DNA from: a bacterium
Lineage (GTDB): Bacteria; Planctomycetota; Planctomycetia; Pirellulales; Pirellulaceae
DNA: 64,000 nucleotides
Assembly: GCA_030430075.1 (NCBI GenBank)
Contig: JAUIGN010000007.1
Location: 86,458-150,457, forward strand
Reading direction: 5' to 3'
The stretch's first letter is position 1. Each line of letters begins with the position of its first letter. Below the pieces are notes generated by a model. The model was not told the DNA's origin. It did no database searches and worked only from the letters and a program-made list of their open reading frames with translations. A program made the position numbers and the translations under genes. This document shows, in pieces, positions 29,077 through 38,919 of the stretch.

Positions 29077-30990
29077 CTACCGTAGGTTTTCCTCTGTGTA
29101 CAGCGACAGTTCGATCATTCGTTCCAATAGTTGCTCGGAACTGTAGCCGGGGAAATTGTGAATGACCAGTTCCTTCGAGTACAGTCGACAAACGTACCGC
29201 AGCTTGAGAGACTTCTGCCGCGTCGCGTAGACGAAGTCGCGGTGCCCCGAGTTGATCACAATCAGGTTTTGATCCGTGTCGTAGCGCGACCGCCATAACG
29301 CACCTGGTGCGTTCTCGAACGTGTAATCCGGCAGGCCGCGATCATGGTTCGACCTGGGGCGTTCGGGCAGCAACGAATCGGTGACCGTGACGATTCCCTC
29401 GGCCGTGCATTCCGTCGTTCCCTGGCGGACCGTGACGCTCAGTTGCACCAGTTCGGGTTCGCCGGAAGCGGTGTAGGTTACGCATTCACGGTCATAATGA
29501 TCCAGGGCGCCGCCGCCGCTGATGATGTTCCAGTCGAAGCTCAAATCGTCCTCGACAACACGCCGGGACCGATCGCGGGCAACGGCCCGCAGGTTACGTT
29601 CCTGCCGGACGGCAACGATCGAAGCCGTGGGGGAAATCCGCACGCTGTGCAACGGACCCGCGTGCTCAAAGAACGCTTTTTGCTGGGGTTCGGCCTGCTC
29701 GACCAGAGCGTCGTCGGCCGGCGACGCGTTCAAGGCCGCACCTGGCCGGCCTGTCCGCTTGGAAGCGGTCCCGTTGACGCCGTATACCTCGAACCAGTCA
29801 TATTCTTCCTCGGGCAGCGCCAAAACCGCTTCGCGAAATGCGCGCTGAATCGACTTCAGCGTGTCGCGGTTGACTTCTTCTTCCTTGGCCTGCTGCAATT
29901 CGGCGATGATCTCTTCCAGTCGACTTGCCAGCGGCACCAGTGCTTCGCGAAAAGTGGCAAACGCTTCATCCTGGATAACGCCCTGCCGGGTGCCGGGGGT
30001 GACGTTCAAGAACGGGGCGTCGATGACTCCCTGCAGGTACCCCGATGTCCAGGGCGATTGACGAAACTCGTCCAGGTCCGCCAGGTCTTCCAGAATTCGA
30101 GTCCCCGAACGGTACAGGCCGACGGCATGATCGGGCTGCGGTTCATCCACGTAGAGCTCGACGTACACCTCACCCAGCGGTGTTCCGGGCGACTTGAGTT
30201 TATCCAGGTGCCGACCGGAAAACGCTTGGGGCTGCACCACGTATTCCGCCCGCGCCTGGCGATCGAGAATGCGGATCTCGACATTCGAGTTGCGGATCCG
30301 ATCACGCAGCTCGGACGCCAGGTACCACTGCAGCTTCTCGCCGGTGAAGTGGCGAATCCCGGGAAGCAATGGGCTGACGGTCAACTGGGTTCCCTGATCG
30401 GCGACCAGGCGCCGGCGGCGAGTGACCCGATAGTTGGGATCCCCCTTGCGCATCCGCATTTCGTACGACTTCTGATCGGTACCGGTCGAGACCAGGCTCA
30501 ACTGTTCACCAACGGTCCAAAAGCTCAACAGCCCGATACCGAACTCGCCCTGCAGCCCGGTGGCGCCTTGCGACTTCAACTGCCGCTTGATCGAATCGCA
30601 GATGTGCGTGGCGACATACTTGAAGTCGGGAATCCCGTCCGCGTTGGTCGGCAGCCCATCGCCGTCATCGATGATACGCAAATACGAGTTCCCCTTCTCG
30701 CGCCCGCGAATGATGGTGATGTGCTGGGCGTGCGCGTCGATACTGTTTTCCACGAATTCGGCGACGGCCTTCAGCGGATTCGACTGCGAGAGGGCGATGA
30801 TGCTGATCGCATTCCAATGATCGCCGATCCGCAGTTTTCCGGAAGTCGGGCGACCCGTCTCCTTCGCTGGTCCTGACCGCTGCGGCCCTTTATCTTGCTT
30901 CTGCGCTGACGGCTTGGCTTGCTTCATCACTCGATTCGCTGGGGTTTTCGGCGTGGCATCATCCGGGATGGCGATTGGGAAGCCACCCAT
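29077..30990 (-). CDS. GHKL-superfamily ATPase of the MORC/HtpG/MutL type (HATPase_c_3-like), with a ~450-aa uncharacterised C-terminal region
   Basis: The Bergerat-fold motifs are an N-box (VAEFVENSIDAHA), a D/G1 box (IIDDGDGLP) and a G2 box (LQGEFGIGLLSFWTV). No HisKA H-box is present. It lies 8 bp upstream of the DUF1611 gene. The start is 30990 (MGGFP); 30927 (MKQAKP) is an alternative. Confidence 0.65.
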   Translation of the reverse strand: MGGFPIAIPDDATPKTPANRVMKQAKPSAQKQDKGPQRSGPAKETGRPTSGKLRIGDHWNAISIIALSQSNPLKAVAEFVENSIDAHAQHITIIRGREKGNSYLRIIDDGDGLPTNADGIPDFKYVATHICDSIKRQLKSQGATGLQGEFGIGLLSFWTVGEQLSLVSTGTDQKSYEMRMRKGDPNYRVTRRRRLVADQGTQLTVSPLLPGIRHFTGEKLQWYLASELRDRIRNSNVEIRILDRQARAEYVVQPQAFSGRHLDKLKSPGTPLGEVYVELYVDEPQPDHAVGLYRSGTRILEDLADLDEFRQSPWTSGYLQGVIDAPFLNVTPGTRQGVIQDEAFATFREALVPLASRLEEIIAELQQAKEEEVNRDTLKSIQRAFREAVLALPEEEYDWFEVYGVNGTASKRTGRPGAALNASPADDALVEQAEPQQKAFFEHAGPLHSVRISPTASIVAVRQERNLRAVARDRSRRVVEDDLSFDWNIISGGGALDHYDRECVTYTASGEPELVQLSVTVRQGTTECTAEGIVTVTDSLLPERPRSNHDRGLPDYTFENAPGALWRSRYDTDQNLIVINSGHRDFVYATRQKSLKLRYVCRLYSKELVIHNFPGYSSEQLLERMIELSLYTEENLR

Positions 30991-31180
30991 TGTAGCGCGA
31001 AGATGGACCGCCTCGCGACCGGGCGCGGGCGGAATTTTCGGGGAAGGCCCGGGCGTCCGGCCGATGATGGGCCTGGGGGAAACTTGCCGGGTCCTGCCGC
31101 CTGGCAGGAAGGCGCAAAGCCGAGCGGCACGCCGATCACGGCGTGCCGCCAGGGTGCGATGTGAGGATTGGTGCCGAGTA

Positions 31181-32821
31181 TCAGGTCGTGCCCCGGTCGG
31201 GAGCTGACTCGTCCGCCGGTGTGGCGGTCGGCGTGCCATTGTCACTCGCCACCGTCTGACTTTCGTCGCCGGTGAAGCGGATCAGGGCTTCCGGCAGCTC
31301 GATGCCGCCGATGTCCTTCATCACCTGCATCATGGGGGGCATGGTGCGTGCCAATCCGCTAAGGAAGTCGGCTGTGCCGCTGCGGCCTCCCTCCTTGCCG
31401 CCATTCTCCCAGACGACAACTTTGTCGAACTTGATGTTGGAGATTGCCTTCGACGACGCTTCCGCCAGGTTGTCGAGGTGCTCCAGCATCAGCATCTGGA
31501 ACGCTTCCTGCGAGCCGCCACAGGCTTGTACGATCCGTTCCAGACCTTCGCCCTTCTTGGCCAGAATTTCGTAGTTGCCGCGTGCCTCTGCATCGAGCTT
31601 GGCGTAGATGGCATCGGCTTCTGCGACCGCCTGGATCCGAACCTGCTCGGCGGCAGCTTCCGCATCGACAATCATCTTGGCCTTTTCCGCTTTCGCGGGA
31701 GCTTCCAACTTGGCCCGTTGTTCCGCCTCGACCTTGGTTGCTTCCGCCAGGGCCGCCTTGGCCAGGGCGTTGTTCTGTACTTCCAGCACGGCCGCTTCCG
31801 CTTCACGTTTGCGGCTCTCGCCCTGCTGGTAGGCATCCGCCCGCTTGACGGCCAATTCCGCTTGGGAATGAGCGATCTGGGCCTGGGCGATGTTTTCACC
31901 ATCAATGGCTGCGGCATCGGCGCTGGCGACCTGCACTCGCATGCCGCGTTCCGCATCCTTGACGCGCGCTTCCCGTTCAAAAGCGGCCTCTTTCTCGCCC
32001 ACGATCTGCTCTTTCTCCAACGTCGCCAGGCGGACTGCCTGATCGCGTTCCGCTTCCCGGGTTCCGATGGACTGATCGCGCTGGGCGTTGGCAACTTGGA
32101 TTGCCTTGTCACGATCCGCATCCGCGACGCGGACTTCACCCATCTTCACGTTGTCGGCCACGTCACCGCGGGCCTTCTGAATAGCTTCGGAAGCGGCCTT
32201 CTGTCCAATCGCGTCGATGTACCCGGATTCGTCCGTAATATCCGTGATGTTTACGTTGATAAGCTGCAAACCGATCTTGGCCAACTCCGGTTCGAGCTGG
32301 TGCTGAACCTGATGCAGGAACTTGTCCCGGTCGCGATTGATCTCCTCGATGCCCATCCCCGCGATCACCTGACGGAGAATTCCGAAGATGATCTCTTCGG
32401 CCTGCTTGCGAATCTCTCCGGCCGACAGTCCCAGCAAGCGAATCGCGGCTTGCTGCATAATCTCCGGTTCGGTACTGATCGCCACCGTAAAGACGCTCGG
32501 TACGTTCACCCGGATGTTCTCGATGGAGAGCGCGCCTCGCAAGGGAATCTCGATTTGGATCGGTTCCAGGCTCAGGTAGGCGTAGTCCTGCACCAGGGGC
32601 ACGATGAAGGCCGCGCCGCCGTGGACCGTGCGCGACGCCTTGCCTCGCCCTGTCCGCCCGTAGATCACCAGCAGGCGGTTGCTCGGGCACCGCTTGTACT
32701 GCTTGACGAGCAGGAAGACAAACCCGAAGAATCCGAGAATCACCATGACGATAATCAGGATGATCCAGAAGGAAGTCGAACCGAGTTCGGGAAGTTGGGC
32801 CAGCAGAGTCGAGTCAGGCAT
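31181..32821 (-). CDS. Flotillin / SPFH (band 7) domain protein
   Basis: It has an N-terminal TM segment, an SPFH core, and a long coiled region with EA-rich repeats (AEQRAKLEAPAKAEKAKM). The start is at MPDSTLLAQLPELG. Confidence 0.8.
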   Translation of the reverse strand: MPDSTLLAQLPELGSTSFWIILIIVMVILGFFGFVFLLVKQYKRCPSNRLLVIYGRTGRGKASRTVHGGAAFIVPLVQDYAYLSLEPIQIEIPLRGALSIENIRVNVPSVFTVAISTEPEIMQQAAIRLLGLSAGEIRKQAEEIIFGILRQVIAGMGIEEINRDRDKFLHQVQHQLEPELAKIGLQLINVNITDITDESGYIDAIGQKAASEAIQKARGDVADNVKMGEVRVADADRDKAIQVANAQRDQSIGTREAERDQAVRLATLEKEQIVGEKEAAFEREARVKDAERGMRVQVASADAAAIDGENIAQAQIAHSQAELAVKRADAYQQGESRKREAEAAVLEVQNNALAKAALAEATKVEAEQRAKLEAPAKAEKAKMIVDAEAAAEQVRIQAVAEADAIYAKLDAEARGNYEILAKKGEGLERIVQACGGSQEAFQMLMLEHLDNLAEASSKAISNIKFDKVVVWENGGKEGGRSGTADFLSGLARTMPPMMQVMKDIGGIELPEALIRFTGDESQTVASDNGTPTATPADESAPDRGTT

Positions 32822-32938
32822 CGTTGTTTCTCCGAGGATTGCTGCTTTGCCACGTGCGCCGGACAGTCTCCGCGACCGGCGCGGCGCCAGGGAGCCAGGT
32901 CGTGGACGGCATCTCAACAAGTCCGACGATCACGCGGC

Positions 32939-33547
32939 TTATGCCGACACGTCGGCCGGTTCTTGCCACGGTTCAACCTTCAAGGTGGAACCATCGATCA
33001 CATCAACTACGACAACTTTAGCACCTGTGATAAGTTTGTCCGGCGAAGAAGTGGTGGCCGCAAACTCCGCCAGCCGTTCCTGAACCTTCATCTGCACCTT
33101 GCCGGTTCCCCCGTTCTCACCCGGGATCGGAATGTAGACGGTAGCGGTCTTGCCGATTGTATTGGTGACATCCAACGTCCCGCTCTGCCCCAGTTGAAAC
33201 AGGGTGCGCATCAGCCAGTGAACAATCATCAGTGCCGACCCGCCGCAGACCATTGCGATCAGCAGTTGCATCGCCAGGCTGAGTCCGCCTGTCCGAGCTG
33301 CCATACCCGCCAGCCCGAAAAACGTGACTGCGGCCACCAGGGTCTTGAACGACAACACGCCGAACATGAACGTCGAACCGTGGTGCTCGCCCGCTTCCAG
33401 GTCACCGAAGTCACCTCCGTCGTAGCTGTCCGGCAGGTCGTCAGCCAGATCGAACGACTCGCCGCCCAGCCCGATCACCGTGAGCACGAACTGGCAGACC
33501 AGGATCGTTCCACCCACAACAGCACAGATGAGGAAGACAGTTGCCAT
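32939..33547 (-). CDS. NfeD-like membrane protein, the flotillin partner
   Basis: It has multi-TM segments (MATVFLICAVVGGTILVCQFVLTVIGLGG) and a C-terminal OB-like segment. It lies directly upstream of the flotillin gene. Confidence 0.65.
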   Translation of the reverse strand: MATVFLICAVVGGTILVCQFVLTVIGLGGESFDLADDLPDSYDGGDFGDLEAGEHHGSTFMFGVLSFKTLVAAVTFFGLAGMAARTGGLSLAMQLLIAMVCGGSALMIVHWLMRTLFQLGQSGTLDVTNTIGKTATVYIPIPGENGGTGKVQMKVQERLAEFAATTSSPDKLITGAKVVVVDVIDGSTLKVEPWQEPADVSA

Positions 33548-33814
33548 GGTTGAGGCCTCCGAGAGCGTGCATGCGTCGTTGTTACGAGTGATTCGCCGGA
33601 AGCGGCCATTTCTTGCCGCCAATCCGGGCAGCGCATCATGGGTCACGCTCCGGGGGCTGTCAAACACCCTGCCGAACGCACTCCAGTGTCGCTCGGCCAA
33701 TGCCAGAGGATGCCGGGCCTGTGCGGCCGGCCGACGCTGGCGGGAAGTGGGCCTTCGGCTAAACTGAGTCCTGGCCCCGCACGTGCCCCATCCCGATTGC
33801 TCGAAGGTTTTCGC

Positions 33815-35092
33815 ATGACCCTCTACCTGGCCGCAGGCTCACCCACCACCGAACTCGCCGCGGACGATCTGCAACGCCATCTGCACGCCGTGTTCGAGCG
33901 GTTGGGTGACCGTCAACGGGTCCTCGCGCTGCCGCCCGACTTTACCCGTTTCAATAGTCGAGCCGGGTTGCTGACCTGCCAGACGTACGAGTACTACGGC
34001 GAACGCTTGACCGATGTGATGCCGGCCCTGGGGACGCACGTGCCGATGCCGGAATGGCAGTTGGATAGGATGTTTCCCGGCTTGCCGCACGAGCTGATTC
34101 GTCCGCATCGCTGGCGGGACGATGTGCTGACCATTGGTGAAGTTCCGGCGGAGTTCGTCGCCGCGGCCACCGAAGGTATCTGGCAAAAGGCCTGGCCCGC
34201 ACAGCTCAACAAGCTGGTCTGGGAGGGAGGCCACGATCTGATCCTCTCGATCGGCCAGGTGGTGCCCCACGAAGTCATCGGGATGGCCAACTACAACAAG
34301 AACATCTTTGTCGGCACCGGGGGGCAACAAGGGATTAATGAGAGCCACTTCATCGGTGCGGCCTACGGGATGGAACGAATGATGGGCCGAGCGGACACGC
34401 CGTTGAGACGAATTCTCAATCATGCCCAGGATACCTTCTGCGGCCATCTGCCGCTGGTCTACGTGCTGACCGTCGTAGGCACGAACCAGGCCGGCGAACT
34501 GGTGACGCGCGGACTGTTCATCGGTGACGACCATGACTGCTTTAACCGGGCGGCAGCGCTGGCCGTCGAGGTGAACTTCGAAATCCTTGATGAGGAAATG
34601 CAGAAAGTCGTCGTCTATCTCGACCCCGAAGAATTCCACAGCACCTGGCTGGGGAACAAAGCCATCTATCGGACGCGGATGGCGATCGCCGACCGAGGCG
34701 AGCTGATCGTGTTGGCGCCGGCCGTCAAGACGTTTGGCGAAGACCCCGAGATCGACCGCTTGATCCGCAAGTACGGTTATCGCACGACGCCCGAAATTAT
34801 GCGGTTTGTCGACGAGCAGGAAGAACTCCGCAACAACCTCTCTGCCGCCGCCCACTTGATTCACGGGTCTTCCGAACAACGTTTTACGGTCACCTATTGT
34901 CCAGGCGAACTGACGCGCGAAGAAATTGAGAGCGTGGGCTACGAATTCGGCGACCTGGCTGAGATGGCGACCCGCTACGATCCGGCTGCCCTTCGCGACG
35001 GCTGGAATGACGTTGACGGGGAACGGATCTACTACATCAGCAACCCGGCGCTCGGCCTCTGGGCCCACCGCCACCGCCTGCCAGGCGCGTAG
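33815..35092 (+). CDS. LarA-like (lactate racemase N-terminal domain / DUF2088) protein
   Basis: Its ~425-aa length and conserved His/Lys pattern are loosely reminiscent of LarA. The start is placed at MTLYLAAGS after the ORF-track leader. Confidence 0.4.
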   Translation: MTLYLAAGSPTTELAADDLQRHLHAVFERLGDRQRVLALPPDFTRFNSRAGLLTCQTYEYYGERLTDVMPALGTHVPMPEWQLDRMFPGLPHELIRPHRWRDDVLTIGEVPAEFVAAATEGIWQKAWPAQLNKLVWEGGHDLILSIGQVVPHEVIGMANYNKNIFVGTGGQQGINESHFIGAAYGMERMMGRADTPLRRILNHAQDTFCGHLPLVYVLTVVGTNQAGELVTRGLFIGDDHDCFNRAAALAVEVNFEILDEEMQKVVVYLDPEEFHSTWLGNKAIYRTRMAIADRGELIVLAPAVKTFGEDPEIDRLIRKYGYRTTPEIMRFVDEQEELRNNLSAAAHLIHGSSEQRFTVTYCPGELTREEIESVGYEFGDLAEMATRYDPAALRDGWNDVDGERIYYISNPALGLWAHRHRLPGA

Positions 35093-35116
35093 CCAAACGG
35101 CCGGTAACTACGCGTG

Positions 35117-36607
35117 TCAGCGGCTCGGCAAATAGGTCACGTCGTCGTTCCAGCGGCGGGCAACTTCGACCAGCGTGCGTACGAACGCGCCGGTCGCGCC
35201 GGCATCGATCCACGACTTCGGGCTCTCGAGAAACGCGGGACCGGCTATGTCGATGTGGGTCCACGGCGTGTCCCCGACGAACTCTTCGAGGAACTTGGCC
35301 GCGGTGATCGCTCCGCCCCAGCGGCCGTCGCCGATGTTCTTGATATCGGCGACCTTGCTTTTGATCTGGGCGGAAAACTCCTGGAACATCGGGAGCTGCC
35401 AGGCCGGTTCTCCGCAGGCCTGGGCGGCCGCTTCCACCTGATGGCACCAGGTTTGGTCATTCGTCATCAGGCCGGCGACATCCGTGCCCAGTGCGACGAC
35501 GCAGGCGCCGGTCAGCGTCGCCAGATCGATGATCTTGGCCGCGCCGAGTTCCACAGCCACGTCCAAAGTGTCGGCCAGTACCAAGCGGCCTTCGGCGTCC
35601 GTGTTGAGCACTTCGATCGTCTTGCCGCTGCGGGCGGTCAGCACGTCGCCCAGCTTGAATGACGCTCCGTTGACCATGTTTTCCGTCAGCCCCATGAGGC
35701 CGATGACGTTGACCGGGAGGTTGAGCTGTGCGATGGCGGAGAGGGCGCCGAGGACGGTGGCGGCGCCGGCCATGTCGCACTTCATCGTCTTCATGCCGTC
35801 GCTGGGCTTCAAGGACAGACCGCCGGAATCAAACGTGACTCCCTTGCCGACGAGTGCCAGGGTGGGTTGATCGCTGCCGCCGCCACGATGCCGCAGGATC
35901 ACCAGACGCGGCTCGCGAACCGAGCCCTGCGAGACGGCTAACAGGGCCCCGCATCGTTCTTGCTCGAGCCGCGCTCGGTCCCAGGTCTCAATCTCCAGGC
36001 CGTGCTGTTGGGCAACCTCAGCGGCCCGGGCCGCGAACGACTCGGGATAGATTTCGCTGGCCGGTTCGTTGACGAGTCGGCGCGTCAGGCCAACCCCGAC
36101 GGCGATCGCGTTCGCCGAGGCGAGAGCCGGCTGGGTCGCCGGCGGCCAGAGTAACTGGCCGAACGGATGTAGATCCTTCTCGGCGCGGTACAGGTCTTGC
36201 CCTTCGCAACCGGCGAGCGCACCGCAAACAGCCGCCTCGACGCATTCCTGCGTCCACCCTTCGCCGAGGTAGAAGGCGACCCGCTCGCGCGGCTTGTCCG
36301 CCAGGGACTTGGCCGCTGCCGAAGCGGCTCGGAAGGCGGCACCTCGGTCGAAATTCTCTTCCTTGCCAAGTCCCACCACCACGATTGCGGTGGCCTGCAC
36401 GCCGTGCGGTGCCAATAACCGCGTGATCGCCCCCGATTTACCGCTCAGATCCTCGGTCGCCACCAGGCGCGCCAATGCGCCGCCGGTCGCTTCGTCTAGG
36501 TGGGCCGCAGCGCCCCGCAAGTCGCTATCTTGAAAATGGCCCACGACCACGGCGTTGGCATCAATGGTCGTGGCGGGTTCCGTCGTCACCGTCGCAGTCG
36601 TGCTCAT
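35117..36607 (-). CDS. pepA: Leucyl aminopeptidase (M17)
   Basis: The M17 signature NTDAEGRLVLADTL and the conserved Lys/Asp/Glu metal ligands are present. Confidence 0.9.
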   Translation of the reverse strand: MSTTATVTTEPATTIDANAVVVGHFQDSDLRGAAAHLDEATGGALARLVATEDLSGKSGAITRLLAPHGVQATAIVVVGLGKEENFDRGAAFRAASAAAKSLADKPRERVAFYLGEGWTQECVEAAVCGALAGCEGQDLYRAEKDLHPFGQLLWPPATQPALASANAIAVGVGLTRRLVNEPASEIYPESFAARAAEVAQQHGLEIETWDRARLEQERCGALLAVSQGSVREPRLVILRHRGGGSDQPTLALVGKGVTFDSGGLSLKPSDGMKTMKCDMAGAATVLGALSAIAQLNLPVNVIGLMGLTENMVNGASFKLGDVLTARSGKTIEVLNTDAEGRLVLADTLDVAVELGAAKIIDLATLTGACVVALGTDVAGLMTNDQTWCHQVEAAAQACGEPAWQLPMFQEFSAQIKSKVADIKNIGDGRWGGAITAAKFLEEFVGDTPWTHIDIAGPAFLESPKSWIDAGATGAFVRTLVEVARRWNDDVTYLPSR

Positions 36608-36985
36608 CAAGAGTTCTTCCGTGTTCAAGGCGGCTTTGTGTGTGGGCCGGTGCCATTGTAGCAGTCGTCTCCGAGGTCGGTAGCCGTCGATGCGCACCCA
36701 AACCTTGACCCTGCGATGACCCGGGGCGGATGGTTGATCGGCAGCCCGCAGTCACCGCGTACTTGTCGACTCTGGGCAATCGGCAATAATCACCCGGCAC
36801 GACCGTTCAAGGCGAACGCGCCCTCTCCGGGGTGCGCTGTCCCTTCCCCCGGTGTGCAGTTGCGGTTGACTGGTTGCGGCCGGCGACATGAGGCCGGGCG
36901 AAGAGTGACGACGCGATCCTGGCGGCAGGATCCTGGCGGTGCCGCGCTCCGGTAACCGCTCGGCGGGCGCGATCACGATTTACAG

Positions 36986-38839
36986 GTGCTCAAGACGATG
37001 GGCCATCGTACGCTGAAACAGACCGTCGATGATCTGGCTGTGGCCGGCCGGTTGATTCGCATTCGCCACGAGGTCGATCCGGACTTGGAAGCTGCAGAGA
37101 TTCACCGCCGCGTCTACCAGGCGGGGGGCCCGGCCCTGTATTTCGAGAACGTGAAGGGGTGCCGGTTTCCGATGGTCTCGAATCTCTTCGGAACCCTGGA
37201 GCGAGCCCGCTTCATTTTTCGCGACACGTACGAATCCGTGCGGCGCTTGATCGAATTGAAGGTCGACCCGAACGCATTCTGGCGTCGGCCCGGTCGCTAT
37301 TGGAAAACACCGTTCACCGCACTGGGAATGCTCCCCCGATTTACTCGGCGGGCGCCCATCCTGGCCAATCAGACGACGATCAGCCGGCTCCCCCAGGTCA
37401 AGTCGTGGCCGCGCGACGGAGGCGGCTATGTCCTCCTGCCCCAGGTGTACAGCGAAGATGTCGACCGGCCCGGCTTGATGCATTCCAACCTGGGCATGTA
37501 TCGAATTCAGTTGACCGGCGGCCAATACGTGACGGATCAGGAGATTGGGCTCCACTACCAGATCCATCGCGGGATCGGCGTCCACCAGGCGGCCGCCGCG
37601 CGCGCGGGCCAGCCGTTTCGGGTGAATATCTTCGTCGGTGGAACGCCGGCCATGACGTTGGCCGCGGTGATGCCGTTGCCCGAGGGAATGTCGGAGCTGA
37701 CGTTTGCGGGGGCACTGGCCGGGCATCGCATTCCCATGGTGCGACGGCCCGACGGGTTGCCCTGCTACGCCAACGCCGACTTTGTCATCACCGGAACGGT
37801 GGCGCCGGATCGGACCAAGCCGGAAGGGCCATTCGGTGACCACCTGGGGTACTATAGTCTGGAGCACGAATTTCCGGTGCTCGAAGTCGACCACGTTTAC
37901 CATCGCGACGGCGCCATCTGGCCCTTCACGGTGGTGGGACGTCCGCCGCAAGAGGACACGGTTTTCGGCGAGCTGATCCATGAGTTGACGGGTCCGATCA
38001 TCCCCACCGTGATACCGGGTGTGCATGCCGTCAATGCGGTCGACGCGGCGGGCGTTCATCCGTTGATGCTGGCGGTCGGCAGCGAGCGATACACGCCGTA
38101 TCGGCGTGATTCGGCACCTGCCGAGCTGCTCACGCAAGCGAATGCGATTCTGGGGCAGGGTCAGATGTCGCTGGCCAAGTACCTGGTGATCGCCAATCGT
38201 GCGGACGACCCCGAGCTTGACGTGAACGACATCGGTCCGTTCTTCCAGCATGTCTTGCGCCGCGTTGATTGGCGCCGCGATTTGCATTTCCAAACGCGGA
38301 CCACCATCGACACGCTTGACTATTCGGGCAGTGGTCTCAACCAGGGGTCCAAGCTGGTCATTGCCGCGTCCGGCGAACCGGTTCGCGAGTTGGGGACGAG
38401 CGTGCCCGTCGAATTGCGGCTGCCTGCCGGCTACTCCCGTCCGGCTGTCTGTCAGCCCGGCATCCTGGCAGTCCAGGGGCCCGCCTATCCGGGCGGTTCG
38501 AATGGCGACGATTCTCGCGTTGCGCCGTTTTGTGACGCCTGTCGGGGCCAGTCGTCACTGGAGCCCTTCCCGCTGGTGGTGATCGTCGACGACAGCGAAT
38601 TCGTCGCTCGCACGCTGGCCAACTTCCTGTGGGTCGTGTTTACGCGGAGCAATCCGGCTGCCGATGTGGAGGGGATCGACGCGTTTGTGGACGCGAAGCA
38701 CTGGGGTTGCCGAGGTTCGTTGGTGATTGATGCGCGGATCAAACCGCACCACGCGCCGCCCCTGGAGGAAGATGCGGAAGTGACGAGAAAAGTTGATGCC
38801 TTGGCCGCTCGGGGCGGGCCACTTGCCCCTTACTTATAG
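36986..38839 (+). CDS. UbiD family decarboxylase
   Basis: The N-terminus AGGPALYFENVKGCRFPMVSNLFGT matches the conserved UbiD N-terminus. Confidence 0.8.
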   Translation: MLKTMGHRTLKQTVDDLAVAGRLIRIRHEVDPDLEAAEIHRRVYQAGGPALYFENVKGCRFPMVSNLFGTLERARFIFRDTYESVRRLIELKVDPNAFWRRPGRYWKTPFTALGMLPRFTRRAPILANQTTISRLPQVKSWPRDGGGYVLLPQVYSEDVDRPGLMHSNLGMYRIQLTGGQYVTDQEIGLHYQIHRGIGVHQAAAARAGQPFRVNIFVGGTPAMTLAAVMPLPEGMSELTFAGALAGHRIPMVRRPDGLPCYANADFVITGTVAPDRTKPEGPFGDHLGYYSLEHEFPVLEVDHVYHRDGAIWPFTVVGRPPQEDTVFGELIHELTGPIIPTVIPGVHAVNAVDAAGVHPLMLAVGSERYTPYRRDSAPAELLTQANAILGQGQMSLAKYLVIANRADDPELDVNDIGPFFQHVLRRVDWRRDLHFQTRTTIDTLDYSGSGLNQGSKLVIAASGEPVRELGTSVPVELRLPAGYSRPAVCQPGILAVQGPAYPGGSNGDDSRVAPFCDACRGQSSLEPFPLVVIVDDSEFVARTLANFLWVVFTRSNPAADVEGIDAFVDAKHWGCRGSLVIDARIKPHHAPPLEEDAEVTRKVDALAARGGPLAPYL

Positions 38840-38919
38840 GGTACACTTCAAGGCCTGACGCGACGCGTCCTCGTCGATACGCTGGCAAGGTCTCATTTCG
38901 CTTTTCCTCCTCCCCGCCC

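Noticed and set aside
31478-33553. + strand ORF of 691 aa
   Set aside because: It is antisense to the flotillin and NfeD genes. It has low-complexity Gly/Arg/Leu composition.
33839-35074. - strand ORF of 411 aa
   Set aside because: It is antisense to the LarA-like gene. No motifs were found.
36980-38293. - strand ORF of 437 aa
   Set aside because: It is antisense to the UbiD gene.
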